DNA of 64,000 nucleotides, taken from positions 64,001 through 128,000 of the forward strand of contig CAVUVW010000025.1 in the NCBI GenBank assembly GCA_963745035.1, written 5' to 3'. The position numbers and the translations under genes were made by a program. Numbering within the stretch: the stretch's first letter is position 1; every line of letters starts with the position of its first letter. Of this stretch, positions 50,199 to 61,405 are shown piece after piece. The notes beneath the pieces are model-generated. The model saw nothing but the letters and a program-made list of their open reading frames with translations. It did not search any database and was not told the DNA's origin. The DNA is from an uncultured delta proteobacterium. Its GTDB lineage: Bacteria; Desulfobacterota; Binatia; UBA9968.

Positions 50199-51524
50199 TT
50201 GGATGGGTTCAGGGGCTGCGCAGAGCGCGGTAGAAACTGGGCGCCGTTCGGGCGCGTGGCGATTTCTTCGACCATGGGACGGACTTCGCCCAACAAGTAC
50301 AACGATCCGGCGACGACGATCACATCCTCCTCGTTGGGCTTCATCCACTAGCGCGCGCAACGCCGCCCGGGAGTCGAAAATCACCCGATGAGGAATCGCT
50401 GCGCCGAGCTTTTCCGCCAACTGTAGGGGATCGGCGCTTCGTTCCATATCGACCTTCGTGAAAATCACTTCGTCCACCACCGGCACGAGCGAACGGAGCA
50501 TCAATTCCCACTCCTTGTCGGCCATGGTCGCAAACAGCAGCCGGACGCATCGGCCCTGACGGAAGGCGGTCAATTCGTCGACCAGCGCTTTTACGCCCTC
50601 GGGATTATGGGCGCCGTCAAGAATCACCGTCGGCCGTTCGAGCATGACGTCCAAGCGGCCCGGCCAGCGCACTTGCTTCAACGCCTCGCGCAGCGTGCTC
50701 TCGCTCACCGGAAATTGCCCGGCGATCAGTTCCAGGGCCGCCAGTGCCACCGACGCATTGGCCCTTTGATGACGCCCGCGCAGGCCAAGTTCCAAATTCA
50801 AAAAATGCTGTTTTATGCCTGTATAATCGAAGAGTCGGTCATCTTTCAAGGAAAATTTGAAATCGCTCCCCAGCGAGTATGCCGGCGCGCGCTGTCCGGC
50901 GGCGAGGTTTCGTAACAACTCGGAAACTTCCACAGAGACCTTGCCGATCACGGCCGGAATTTCCGGCTTGATGATGCCGCCCTTTTCGCGCGCGATGGAG
51001 ATCTCGTCCGGACCGAGATACGCCTCGTGATCCTTGGAGATCGTGGTGATCGCCGAGACGATCGGTGTGATCACGTTGGTGGCGTCGAGGCGGCCGCCCA
51101 AACCGACTTCGACGACCGCGACTTCGGCGCGGCGTCGGGCAAAATAAATAAAGGCCATGACGGTGACGAACTCAAAAAATGTGAGCGGCACATCGGCAGC
51201 GGCGGTCGCGCGCCGGATCTCTTCGGCGATCGCGACCACCTCGTCCTGCGTGATCTCATCGCCGTCGATCCGGATGCGCTCGGTGAAGGAAACCAAATGG
51301 GGCGATGTGTAGAGCGCCGTCCGATAGCCGGCGCGCGATAAAATGCCGTGCAGCATCGCGGCGGTCGATCCTTTGCCGTTGGTGCCGGCGATATGGATCG
51401 ATGGACAGGCGTTTTCCGGTTGGTCGAAGAGCGTGAGCGCGCGCTGCATGCGATCGAGGCGCAGATCGATCATCCCGCCGCGCAAATTATAGATTCTTTG
51501 AAGCGTCTCCGCGTAGCTGTCCAT
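50195..51524 (-). CDS. folC: Folylpolyglutamate synthase/dihydrofolate synthase; +1 frameshift near 50337
   Basis: HIAGTNGKGST, YTSPHL, TFFE, EVGLGGRLDATN, WPGRL, LDGAHNP; the conserved VVAGSLYLLGE tail lies in the other frame and stops at 50195. Confidence 0.92.
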
Positions 51525-51609
51525 GGCCTCCCCGCGGGAGATTGATCAAGCGGAATTCGAGGCAGGCGGAGCGCCGCCTGCAAGCCGCGCCGGCTCGGAG
51601 CCCAGGAGT

Positions 51610-52443
51610 TCACGGCGATGGCGGACGGCGTCCGCCGCGCCGAGCGCGCCGGATCGCCGTCTTAAGCTGCCCGATAAAAGCTCCCGCCTCTCTTGCCTTC
51701 GCGTTGCCCCCTTTGGCCTTTTCGATTCTTTCGACCAGGGCGCTGCCAACGACGGCGGCGTCGGCGAAGCCGGCGATCCACGCGGCCTGCTTCGGCGTCG
51801 AGATGCCGAAACCGACCCCCACCGGCAGCGCCGAAACTTTGCGCACCCGCTCCACCTGCGCGCGCAGGCCGTTCTCCAAAGAGCGGCGCGCGCCGGTGAC
51901 GCCGGTGACCGAAACGTAGTAAATAAAGCCGCGCCCCTTGCGCGCCACCAGACGGAGACGTTCCGCGCCGCTGGTCGGCGACAACAGAAAGATCAAGTCG
52001 AGTCCGGCGGCGTCGGTCCAGCATTGCAGCTCGCCGCTCTCTTCCGGCGGCAGATCGACGCAGAGCACGCCGTCGGCGCCGGCGGCGGCGGCCTGGCGGG
52101 CGAATGCCTTCACGCCGAAGCGAAAAATCGGATTGAAGTAACCGAACAGCACCACCGGCACGTTGGAGCCGGCGCGAAACTCGCGCACCAGGCGAAAGAT
52201 CGCGGGCAAGGAAATCGGACCGTTTTTGAGCGCGCGCTCCGACGCGCGCTGGATCGTCGGGCCGTCGGCGGTCGGATCGGAAAACGGAATGCCCAGCTCG
52301 ATGCAGTCGGCGCCGCTCCGTTCCAGGGCGCGCATGATCTTGAGCGTGGTCGCGAGATCGGGATCACCGGCGGTGATAAAAGGAATCAGCGCCGCTTCGC
52401 CGCGCGCTTTCGCATCGGCAAAAATTTTTCCAATCCGGCTCAT
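51610..52443 (-). CDS. trpA: Tryptophan synthase alpha chain
   Basis: ITAGDP, ELGIPFSDPTADGPTIQ, YYVSVTGVTG, GFGIST, VVGSA. Confidence 0.97.
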   Translation of the reverse strand: MSRIGKIFADAKARGEAALIPFITAGDPDLATTLKIMRALERSGADCIELGIPFSDPTADGPTIQRASERALKNGPISLPAIFRLVREFRAGSNVPVVLFGYFNPIFRFGVKAFARQAAAAGADGVLCVDLPPEESGELQCWTDAAGLDLIFLLSPTSGAERLRLVARKGRGFIYYVSVTGVTGARRSLENGLRAQVERVRKVSALPVGVGFGISTPKQAAWIAGFADAAVVGSALVERIEKAKGGNAKAREAGAFIGQLKTAIRRARRGGRRPPSP

Positions 52444-52449
52444 GGTAAT

Positions 52450-52548
52450 CGTTCAACGGTTAAACCGTTCAAGGTTTCGACATTTCAATGCAGGCTCCTG
52501 AGTAAAATTAGCGTCCCTTGAACTGTTGAACCGTTAAACCTTGAACGG
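52450..52548. repeat. Intergenic 7-8-mer tandem inverted repeat element
   Basis: GTTCAACG/GTTAAACC/GTTCAAG units facing TTGAACTG/TTGAACCG/TTAAACC/TTGAACGG; perfect 13-bp IR 52465-52477 / 52536-52548. Confidence 0.7.
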
Positions 52549-52553
52549 ACAAT

Positions 52554-53730
<1,177 letters not shown>

Positions 53731-53750
<20 letters not shown>

Positions 53751-54361
53751 CGATAAAGTCTTTGAGTTTTGCATGATCCTTCATACCCGGGCGGGACTCC
53801 ACGCCGCTGCAAACGTCGACACCGAAGGGACGAACTCGCCGGATCGCAGCGCCGACATTTTCCACCCGCAGCCCGCCGGAGAGAATAAGCTTGGCGGCAT
53901 CGCAGCCCTCGACCCATTCCCAGGGAAACGTCGTCTCCCGAGCCGCCGTAGCCCGCCGTCCAGGAATCGAGCAGATAAAAATCCGCCGGGAAATCGTTCA
54001 TGCCGGCGAGCCCATCCCGCCCTTTCAGACGGAAGGCCTTGATGATTTTCATATTCCAGCCGCGGCAATACTCCGCGCTCTCCTCGCCATGGAACTGCAA
54101 GCCACGGTACGCCTGGCGCCCGTCAACAAGCTTTGCCGAGCCGATCACGTCGGCGACATTTTCTCGGCTTTCGTTGACGAACAAGGCAACGTTGAACGAC
54201 TCGGCGGGCAAGCGCTCGATAATCTGCCGCGCCTGCTCCGGCGCGATTGCCCGCGGGCTCGGCGCATAGAAATTAAACCCGAGCATGTCGGCACCGAACT
54301 CCAGCGCCTTCTCCGCGTCCTCCATGGTCGTGATCCCGCAAACTTTGATTTTAACAGCCAT
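53731..54361 (-). CDS. trpF: Phosphoribosylanthranilate isomerase; +1 frameshift near 53935
   Basis: [25 protein letters not shown], then shifted [26 protein letters not shown] to the stop at 53731. Confidence 0.92.
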
Positions 54362-54370
54362 GGCAAATGC

Positions 54371-54428
54371 AGTTCAGAGTCCAGTGCTGAGTGCCGAGAA
54401 AGGATTTTGACTCAGCACTCAGCACTTT
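54371..54428. repeat. Intergenic heptamer-tandem inverted repeat element
   Basis: AGTGCTGAGTGCCGAG (54383-54398) / CTCAGCACTCAGCACT (54411-54426), 15/16 IR. Confidence 0.7.
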
Positions 54429-54433
54429 TTACC

Positions 54434-55213
54434 TCAGTCCTCCAAAAGCTCTTTGAGCTTTTCCCCCGGCGCCGGCGCGCGCATCAGCGATTCGCCGATG
54501 AGAAAAACGTGAATGCCGCATTTTTCGACCCGGCGGATTTGCTCCAGGCTATCGATGCCGCTTTCGCATATCGCCGGTATGTCCGGCGGCAGCAGCGGCG
54601 CCAGGCGCTCGGTCACCGCCAAATCGACGGCGAAGGTCTTGAGATCGCGATTGTTGATGCCGATCACCTGAGCGCCGGCATCGCGGGCCGCGGCCAATTC
54701 CTGCTCCGTATGAACTTCGACGAGCACATCCAAGCCGAGCGCGCGCGCCTGGGCGCCGAGCTCGCGCATCAGAGACGCTTCGAGCATCGCTGCAATCAGC
54801 AGCACCGCGTCCGCGCCGTAGCTCTTGGCCTCGATCAACTGGTACGGATCGAGGGTAAAATCCTTGCGTAAAAGCGGCGCCTGGACTGCGCCGCGAATCT
54901 CGGCCAGGTCATCCAGGCTGCCCTGAAAAAACCGCTCCTCGGTCAACACCGAGATCGCGCTGGCGCCGTGCGCCTCGTACTCCCGGGCGATCGCCACCGG
55001 ATCAAAATCGGCGCGGATCAGTCCCTTGGACGGTGAAGCCTTCTTCACCTCGGCGATGATCCGCCGCCGGCTCCCACCCAAGCTGCGGGCGAAGCCCCGC
55101 GTCGCGGCGTGGAACAACGGCCGGTCGCGCAACGCCTCGACCGGTGCCTCGCGCCGGCGGCGCTCGATAACGCCGCGCACGTGATCGGCGATGGTGGCGA
55201 GAATCTCAGACAT
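54434..55213 (-). CDS. trpC: Indole-3-glycerol phosphate synthase
   Basis: IAEVKKASPSKG, SVLTEERFFQGS, LLRKDF, GINNRDL, ESGI, IGESLM. Confidence 0.97.
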   Translation of the reverse strand: MSEILATIADHVRGVIERRRREAPVEALRDRPLFHAATRGFARSLGGSRRRIIAEVKKASPSKGLIRADFDPVAIAREYEAHGASAISVLTEERFFQGSLDDLAEIRGAVQAPLLRKDFTLDPYQLIEAKSYGADAVLLIAAMLEASLMRELGAQARALGLDVLVEVHTEQELAAARDAGAQVIGINNRDLKTFAVDLAVTERLAPLLPPDIPAICESGIDSLEQIRRVEKCGIHVFLIGESLMRAPAPGEKLKELLED

Positions 55214-55222
55214 GCCGGCAGA

Positions 55223-56239
55223 TCAAGCGGCGTTGGTCAGCTCGACCAATTGCTCGAGTTTCCGGCGGGCTTTGGCGCCGTCAATGGCTTCCGCCGCCAA
55301 ACAGACGCCGTCCTGCATGGTCGCGGCGCGGCCGCTGATGTAAAGCGCGGCGCCGCTGTTGAGTAGCACCACGTCCCGCGCCGGCCCCTTTTTACCGTCG
55401 AGAACGCCGCGCACGATCAGCGCGCTCTGTTCGGCGTTGCCGCCGTGCAAGTCTTCCAGCCGGCAGCGCTTGAAACCGAACTGCTCCGGCTCCACGGTGT
55501 ACTCTTTCACTTCGCCGTCGCGCAGCTCGGCGACTTTGGTCGGGCCGCAGAGAGAAATTTCGTCCAGCCCTTCCAGGCCATGTACTACCATGGCGCGGGC
55601 GCTGCCCAAATTCTTGAGCACCCGGGCGATCACGGCGACCAGCTCGCCGCTGTAGATGCCGAGAAGCTGGTGGCTGGCCATGGCCGGGTTGGTCAGCGGG
55701 CCGAGAATGTTGAAGATCGTCCGGATGCCGATATCGCGGCGCGGCTGCACCGCATACTTCATCGCCTCGTGCAGCAGCGGCGCGAACAGAAAGCCGATGC
55801 CGATTTCGGCGATGCAGCGCTCGACCTTTTCTCTGGGCGCGTCGACTTTCACGCCCAAGGCGCCGAGCACGTCGGCGCTGCCGGACTGGCTTGAAACCGA
55901 GCGATTGCCGTGCTTGGCGACGTGCACCCCGGCGCCCGCCAAAACGAAAGCCGAGGTCGTCGAGATGTTGAACGTGCCCTTCTGATCGCCGCCCGTGCCG
56001 CAGGTGTCGAGAACGGTCCTGGCGCTGACGTTTACCCGGTGCGCCTTTTCGCGCATCACGCGCGCCGCGCCGGTGATCTCGTCGACCGTCTCGCCTTTCA
56101 TACGGAGAGCGGTCAGGAAAGCCGCCACCTGCAGCGGCGTTGCCTCGCCGGTCATGATCTGGTTCATGACCTCGACTGTTTCCGCTTCGGAGAGATCGAT
56201 GCGGTTGACGAGCTTATCGATGGCCTGGCGAATTTCCAT
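55223..56239 (-). CDS. trpD: Anthranilate phosphoribosyltransferase
   Basis: [47 protein letters not shown]. Confidence 0.97.
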   Translation of the reverse strand: MEIRQAIDKLVNRIDLSEAETVEVMNQIMTGEATPLQVAAFLTALRMKGETVDEITGAARVMREKAHRVNVSARTVLDTCGTGGDQKGTFNISTTSAFVLAGAGVHVAKHGNRSVSSQSGSADVLGALGVKVDAPREKVERCIAEIGIGFLFAPLLHEAMKYAVQPRRDIGIRTIFNILGPLTNPAMASHQLLGIYSGELVAVIARVLKNLGSARAMVVHGLEGLDEISLCGPTKVAELRDGEVKEYTVEPEQFGFKRCRLEDLHGGNAEQSALIVRGVLDGKKGPARDVVLLNSGAALYISGRAATMQDGVCLAAEAIDGAKARRKLEQLVELTNAA

Positions 56240-56253
56240 GCGGATTTTGCGGC

Positions 56254-56964
56254 TCAGCGGCTGGCGGCAAAAGCTTTAGGATAGTTTTCCTTGGTCCGCA
56301 GCAACTCGGCCATCTTGTCGGCTTCATCGCGTGAGTTGTACCTGCCGACGTTGACTCGATACCAGCTTTTGCCCTGATTCTGGACCTCCGTGACATACGC
56401 GTTGTAGCCCTTATTTTTCAGGCGATCAACGATCTGCTTAGCCGCGCTCTCGTCGGGAAACGCGTTCACCTGGGTGCGCCAGCTCTTCTTCTGATTGGCA
56501 TCGGCGGTTTCCGCCGCCCCCGTTTTCTTGACTGTTTCCGCCGCCGGAGCGGCCCTCTCGGTTTTTTTCTCGGCGATTTTTGCGCCGGCCTGGCTTTCGT
56601 TTTTCGCGCCGGCGCCATTCTTCGTCCCGGTCTTGGAAGCTTTCTCGGCGAGCTTCGGCGCCGCCGGCGGTTCATTGGGCGCTGTCGCGGCCACAGGCTG
56701 GGTAGGCAGCGACTCGTTGAACGTGAACTCGGTTTTCGACGGCGGAGCCGGCGCGGCGCTGGACTCGGCGGCGCTGGGCTTGATGGGAATCTTGACCAGC
56801 GGCTCTTCTTTTTTCAGGAGCCTTCTTCCCTCGATCCCTTTGCCGACAAACACGCCGAGCACGAAGATGATCAGCGAAGCCGCGGTAAATGCCGCGCCCA
56901 GCAAGATCATCTGGCTGCGGCTGAAGTAAAAGCGGCCGTCTTTGCCTCTGCGATTTTCCGCCAT
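56254..56964 (-). CDS. SPOR domain cell-division protein (FtsN/DedD-like)
   Basis: N-terminal TM, Pro/Ala linker, QVNAF...WYRVNVG SPOR domain; downstream of argS. Confidence 0.85.
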   Translation of the reverse strand: MAENRRGKDGRFYFSRSQMILLGAAFTAASLIIFVLGVFVGKGIEGRRLLKKEEPLVKIPIKPSAAESSAAPAPPSKTEFTFNESLPTQPVAATAPNEPPAAPKLAEKASKTGTKNGAGAKNESQAGAKIAEKKTERAAPAAETVKKTGAAETADANQKKSWRTQVNAFPDESAAKQIVDRLKNKGYNAYVTEVQNQGKSWYRVNVGRYNSRDEADKMAELLRTKENYPKAFAASR

Positions 56965-56995
56965 GAATGTTCCCTCGCCCTTCTCTGGAGCTTTT

Positions 56996-58678
56996 CTAAT
57001 CGTCCGCTTCCGGGCGCGCCGCCATTTTCATCGGCGCGTCGATGCCGAGAATTTCGAGCCCGCGGCGCACCGTCTTCTGCACGTTTTCAACCAGTAGCAA
57101 GCGCGCTCCGGTGAGCTCGATATCTTCGGAAATGACCCGCTGCCGGTTGTAGTAGCGATGAAATTCGCCGGCGAGATCCAAAAGATGAAACACCAGGCGA
57201 TGGGGTTCGAGCTCTCGCACGCTATCTTCCAGGACATCGTTGAACTGAATCATCTTGCGGATGAGCTCGATTTCTTCGGCGAGATCCAGACGCTCCACCG
57301 CCGCCGTCCTCGGCTCGCCCGTGGCCGCGCCGCTCTTGCGCGCTTGCTCCAAGATGCTCGCCACCCGGGCGTGCGCGTACTGCACGTAAAAAACCGGGTT
57401 CTCGCTCGACTGCTTCTTGGCGAGATCCAGGTCGAAGTCGAGATGGCTGTCCGCTTTGCGCATCAAAAAGAAAAACCGCGCGGCGTCGCTTCCGACTTCC
57501 TCGATCACTTCTTCGAGAGACACGAACTCGCCGGTGCGCTTGCCCATGCGTACCGGCTCGCCGCCCCGGCTAAGCTGAACCATCTGCACCAACACCACCC
57601 GCAAAATCTCCGGATCGTAGCCCAACCCCTGCATCGCGGCTTTGAGCCGCGGCACGTAGCCGTGGTGATCGGCGCCCCAGACGTTGATCAGCTTGCGGTA
57701 GTTCCGCGCAAACTTGTTGCGATGATAGGCGATGTCGCTGGCGAAATAGGTGAGCTCGCCGTCGCTTTTGACCACCGTCCGATCCTTGTCGTCGCCGAAC
57801 TGCGTCGATCGATACCATTCGGCGCCGTCCTGCGAATAGAGCAGGCCCCGCGCGCGCATTTCCTCCATGGCTTGCGCGACTTCGCCACGCTCGCGCATGG
57901 CTTTTTCGCTGAAAAACGTATCAAAGACGATGCCGAAGCCGCGCAGCTGGTCGCGAATCGTATCGAGCAGCGCCCGGCCGCCGTACTCGCGGAAAAACAC
58001 CCGGGCCGCTTCGTGATCCTGACGCAAGTATTTGTCGCCCTGTTTCCGCCGGATCGCGGCGGCCACGTCCTTGACGTAGTCGCCCGGGTAACCGCCCTCG
58101 GGAAGCGGCACCGATTCGCCGAACAACTCGCGATAGCGTGCCTCGATCGAGAGCGCGAGATTCTCCATCTGGTTGCCGGCGTCGTTGACATAATACTCGC
58201 GCTCGACTTGGAAGCCGGTGGCTTGGTGCAGCCGCGCCAGCACATCGCCGATGACGGCGACTCTCCCGTGGCCGACGTGCAGCGGCCCGGTGGGATTGAC
58301 GCTGGCGAACTCGACCTGAACTTTCTCGCCGTGGCCGAGATCGATACGCGCATGGGCCCCGGCGGCGATCTCGCGCAGTCTTTCAAAATAAAACTTCGGC
58401 GCGAAGGTAAAATTCAAAAATCCCGGTCCGGCGATCTCCGCGCGCGCGAGAATGGATTCGGGGTCCTCGAGGTTCCTGAGAATGGTCTCGGCGATCATGC
58501 GCGGCGGTTTTTTCGCGCTCTTCGCCCAAAGCATCGCGACGTTGGTCGCCAAGTCGCCGAACTCGCGCTGCTTCGGCGCTTCGAGAAGCAAAGGGGGGAG
58601 CTCTGGCAAAGTCAGCTCTCCCTCCTTGGAGACCTTCTCGATCGCTCGGGTCAAAAGATCCCTAAGGTGACTTTGCAT
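56996..58678 (-). CDS. argS: Arginine--tRNA ligase
   Basis: GDLATN, AGPGFLN, VEFASVNPTGPLHVGHGR, YYVNDAG, WGADHHGY, NPVFYVQYAHAR. Confidence 0.98.
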   Translation of the reverse strand: MQSHLRDLLTRAIEKVSKEGELTLPELPPLLLEAPKQREFGDLATNVAMLWAKSAKKPPRMIAETILRNLEDPESILARAEIAGPGFLNFTFAPKFYFERLREIAAGAHARIDLGHGEKVQVEFASVNPTGPLHVGHGRVAVIGDVLARLHQATGFQVEREYYVNDAGNQMENLALSIEARYRELFGESVPLPEGGYPGDYVKDVAAAIRRKQGDKYLRQDHEAARVFFREYGGRALLDTIRDQLRGFGIVFDTFFSEKAMRERGEVAQAMEEMRARGLLYSQDGAEWYRSTQFGDDKDRTVVKSDGELTYFASDIAYHRNKFARNYRKLINVWGADHHGYVPRLKAAMQGLGYDPEILRVVLVQMVQLSRGGEPVRMGKRTGEFVSLEEVIEEVGSDAARFFFLMRKADSHLDFDLDLAKKQSSENPVFYVQYAHARVASILEQARKSGAATGEPRTAAVERLDLAEEIELIRKMIQFNDVLEDSVRELEPHRLVFHLLDLAGEFHRYYNRQRVISEDIELTGARLLLVENVQKTVRRGLEILGIDAPMKMAARPEADD

Positions 58679-58987
58679 GGCGTCCTTTAATCATCTAATC
58701 ATCGCTGCCGCCGCCGCGCGGTAAAAACTAACGGATGTGCCGCTATCATTGAGAGTTTAAGGAATGGCCGCCGCTACCGACGCCAATTTAACGCAATGGT
58801 TTCATCCGTGCAAATCGCTCTCTGCGCTGCCTTGCCGCCGCTTTCACGCTGCGCGGCAGCAAATCGAATGGGGGGCCGCCACGGCGGGAGCCCGGTGAGA
58901 GAGCGCCAAAAGCGCCGACGGAGTGAGCGCAGCGCTGGTGGCCAATGGACGCCGCGCGCAGCTTTGATGCCCATTGCCAAGCGGGCA

Positions 58988-59527
58988 TCAGCGCAGCGAC
59001 AGAAATTTCGCTGGGATGAACTCGGCGAGATAGAGCGGCCCGGACAGATAAAAGCGCACGCCTTCGCGCTGCGCCACCGCGACGTCGATCTCGATGATCG
59101 ACGGCGCCGGATCGTGGCGACGCGCCACGGATTCGGCCTCTTCGGCGCTGACGCTTAGATGAACATATTGGCGATCGCGCGGCTTGAGGCCGCCACGCAG
59201 CATCGACTGCGCCAGATCGCGCGCCGCGCCGTAGTAGAGTTTCGCCGGCGCGTGCTCGGCCGCCTCGCCGAGCTCCACCGAAAACGAGTGGCCGTAGGTC
59301 GCCCGCACCTTGCCATCGACAAGCTCAAAGCGTTTTTTCTCCGCGCCGCTGATCACCGCCTCGATCTGCTCTTCGGTGACGTCGTAATAGCGCTCCTGCA
59401 GTAGCTCGACCACGTCGCCCCAGTCGACGAAGCCGCGCTTGTCGAACACCAGCGGATACTCTTTGGGCCGGTGGCGCAAAAGATAGGTGAGAAACCGCGA
59501 AATGCGCTCCGGTGGTAAACCGGCCAT
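58988..59527 (-). CDS. kptA: RNA 2'-phosphotransferase (Tpt1/KptA family)
   Basis: SRFLTYLLRH, KKRFE, RATYGHS, GLKPRDRQYVHLS, ARRH. Confidence 0.88.
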   Translation of the reverse strand: MAGLPPERISRFLTYLLRHRPKEYPLVFDKRGFVDWGDVVELLQERYYDVTEEQIEAVISGAEKKRFELVDGKVRATYGHSFSVELGEAAEHAPAKLYYGAARDLAQSMLRGGLKPRDRQYVHLSVSAEEAESVARRHDPAPSIIEIDVAVAQREGVRFYLSGPLYLAEFIPAKFLSLR

Positions 59528-59530
59528 GGA

Positions 59531-60415
59531 TCAAACACCCCGCTTTTGTCCGGTGATCACGTCGTATACGTTGCAGGCGATACCGGTGGCTTCGTAGTCG
59601 TCCATGCCGGTCGCCTGCGCGATCGAAAACATCTGATACGCCAGCGCGACGAACGGCATCGGCACTTCCATCTCGCGCGCCATGTCCAAGCCGAAACCGA
59701 CGTCTTTCGGCATCCACGACTTGCGCGGTTTATACTTGCGGCTGACGACGATCTCCATGATGCGGTCGATGGCGACCGAATCCTGCGCCGAGTTTTTGAG
59801 AATCGTGCGAAAAGTGTCTTCGCTGAGCCCGCCTTTTTTCAGCCACGCGCAGATCTCGGCCAGGGTCAGGTGGGTCACCGCGGCGAACATCGCCATGGCG
59901 TTCTTCACGAGCTTGGCGTTGCCGAGCTCGCCGACATAGAGAATCTTGTTGCCCATCGCTTGGAACACCGCCTGGTGTTCATCGAAGACTGCCTTGGAGC
60001 CGGAAAGCCAAAGCGACAGAGTGCCGGCGGCGGCCGCTTCTTCGACGCCGCCCGCCGAGCCGTCGAGTATGGTCCAGCCCTTTTTTACCAGCTCGGCATT
60101 GACCCCGACAATGGTCTTCTTGTCGATGCTGCTGAAATCGATCCAGAGCTTGGCGCCGCTCGCCGCCTCGTGCAATCCGCCGGGGCCGAGCCCCACCGCG
60201 CGCACCGCTTCGTTGTATGGAAGCATGGAAAACACGATCTCGCAGGATTCCGCGACCGCCTTCGGCGATTCTTTGAAGACAGCGCCTCGGCTTTCCAGCC
60301 CCGTGGCCTGTTCGCGGCGGAGGTCGTTGACGACGAGCTTGTTGCCCGCCTTGAGCAGATTTCCCGCCATGCCGCTGCCCATGCCGCCGGTGCCGATAAA
60401 TCCAAGAGTCTTCAT
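59531..60415 (-). CDS. NAD(P)-dependent oxidoreductase, beta-hydroxyacid dehydrogenase family
   Basis: GFIGTGGMGSGMAGNL, IDFSSI, AAAGTLS, GNAKLVKN, KDVG. Confidence 0.88.
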   Translation of the reverse strand: MKTLGFIGTGGMGSGMAGNLLKAGNKLVVNDLRREQATGLESRGAVFKESPKAVAESCEIVFSMLPYNEAVRAVGLGPGGLHEAASGAKLWIDFSSIDKKTIVGVNAELVKKGWTILDGSAGGVEEAAAAGTLSLWLSGSKAVFDEHQAVFQAMGNKILYVGELGNAKLVKNAMAMFAAVTHLTLAEICAWLKKGGLSEDTFRTILKNSAQDSVAIDRIMEIVVSRKYKPRKSWMPKDVGFGLDMAREMEVPMPFVALAYQMFSIAQATGMDDYEATGIACNVYDVITGQKRGV

Positions 60416-60445
60416 TTTTTGCCTCCGCAAAAGAAAATGTGTTGC

Positions 60446-60826
60446 CTATTTGTCTACGATGCGTACGCCCGCCGGCCAGAGCACCAAGACCACCGTCTCG
60501 CCCACCGCGCGCGGCGTGTGCACCGAATGGGCGTCGAGAAAAACGATCTCGCCTTGGCTGTACTCGCCGGTCTCGTCAGCAATGCGGCCTTTGAGAACCA
60601 GATAGAACTCGCCGCCGAGATGCTCGTGCTTTACGAATGCGTCGGTCGCGCCGGCGGCGATCCGATAGAGCACCAGCTCGCGCGGCCCTTCGCGCGCCAG
60701 GCGCGACATCGAAAGGCCATTGCCGAAATCGCGCCACGGCAGCCGCTCAAGCGCCGCATCGTCGAGCTCCAAGCGCAAAAAATCGCTCAAGGACCGGCGC
60801 AGCACGGCGACGGGATCATCTTTCAT
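60446..60826 (-). CDS. Cupin domain protein (ChrR-like)
   Basis: HEHLGGEFYLVLKG...DETGEY...SVHTP. Confidence 0.8.
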   Translation of the reverse strand: MKDDPVAVLRRSLSDFLRLELDDAALERLPWRDFGNGLSMSRLAREGPRELVLYRIAAGATDAFVKHEHLGGEFYLVLKGRIADETGEYSQGEIVFLDAHSVHTPRAVGETVVLVLWPAGVRIVDK

Positions 60827-60938
60827 CGGGCTTAGATATCACGACCCACTGGTGAACAAAAGATCGCGCCGGCCGGAAACGGCGCTCCTTGCCCCGCCTG
60901 TGAATGGCAAGCGGCGGCGCTTCGCGCCGGCGGGCGAA

Positions 60939-61367
60939 TCAAAACCCGCAATCGGCGGGCGCAACCTCGATGGTGGCGATATGCCGCTTTTCTTTGTCGA
61001 AATAGGAATAGCGCAAAGTGACGCCTTCCTTGAGAAAGCCGTCGCGCGTTTCCGGCCGGTTGCAGGCTCCCTGAACGATTTTCTGCTTGGCCCCGGCGGC
61101 AAATTTTTGATGATCCAGTTGGCCGACGGAATATTTCACCAGGCGATAGTTATACACCAGCATCGCGTATCCGGCCGTGGACGGCAGCAGCTCGGTTTCG
61201 GCGTCGATCATCACCGGCACCGAGCGATTGATCTCGGCGGCGATCTTGTTCAAATACTCCGCTGAACGAGGGTCTCTTGGGGTGCTCAAATAGGCCGGCA
61301 ACACCCACCAAACGAGCAGCCCGACGGCAACTCCGCCGGCCAACCACACAAGAGTCTTGTTTTTCAT
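60939..61367 (-). CDS. Membrane-anchored hypothetical protein resembling the GspS-beta/AspS/PA3611 fold
   Basis: N-terminal TM; PVMIDAETEL, LVYNY, ACNRPETR..LKEGVTLRYSYFD, terminal DC. Confidence 0.55.
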   Translation of the reverse strand: MKNKTLVWLAGGVAVGLLVWWVLPAYLSTPRDPRSAEYLNKIAAEINRSVPVMIDAETELLPSTAGYAMLVYNYRLVKYSVGQLDHQKFAAGAKQKIVQGACNRPETRDGFLKEGVTLRYSYFDKEKRHIATIEVAPADCGF

Positions 61368-61405
61368 CGATTACGCGTCCCGCTCTGAAAGCGGAGACGA
61401 GAACA

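Noticed and set aside
47847-51524. Apparent 1225-aa FolC-LptD fusion
   Set aside because: FolC's conserved tail is in another frame after 50337 and stops at an ATGA overlap with lptD, which has its own signal peptide; a one-base indel explains the fusion.
51525-51609. accD absent between trpA and folC; 8-bp hairpin at 51562-51581
   Set aside because: Gene-order variation here is common, and the hairpin has no U-tract or other support.
57158-58690. Long antisense ORFs (also 59546-60835, 8230-9291, 48831-49874)
   Set aside because: They shadow well-conserved genes on the opposite strand, as expected in high-GC DNA, and have no recognisable motifs.
58690-58985. T-box or other ncRNA upstream of argS
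   Set aside because: GC-rich hairpins are present but I found no T-box, SRP or 6S consensus.
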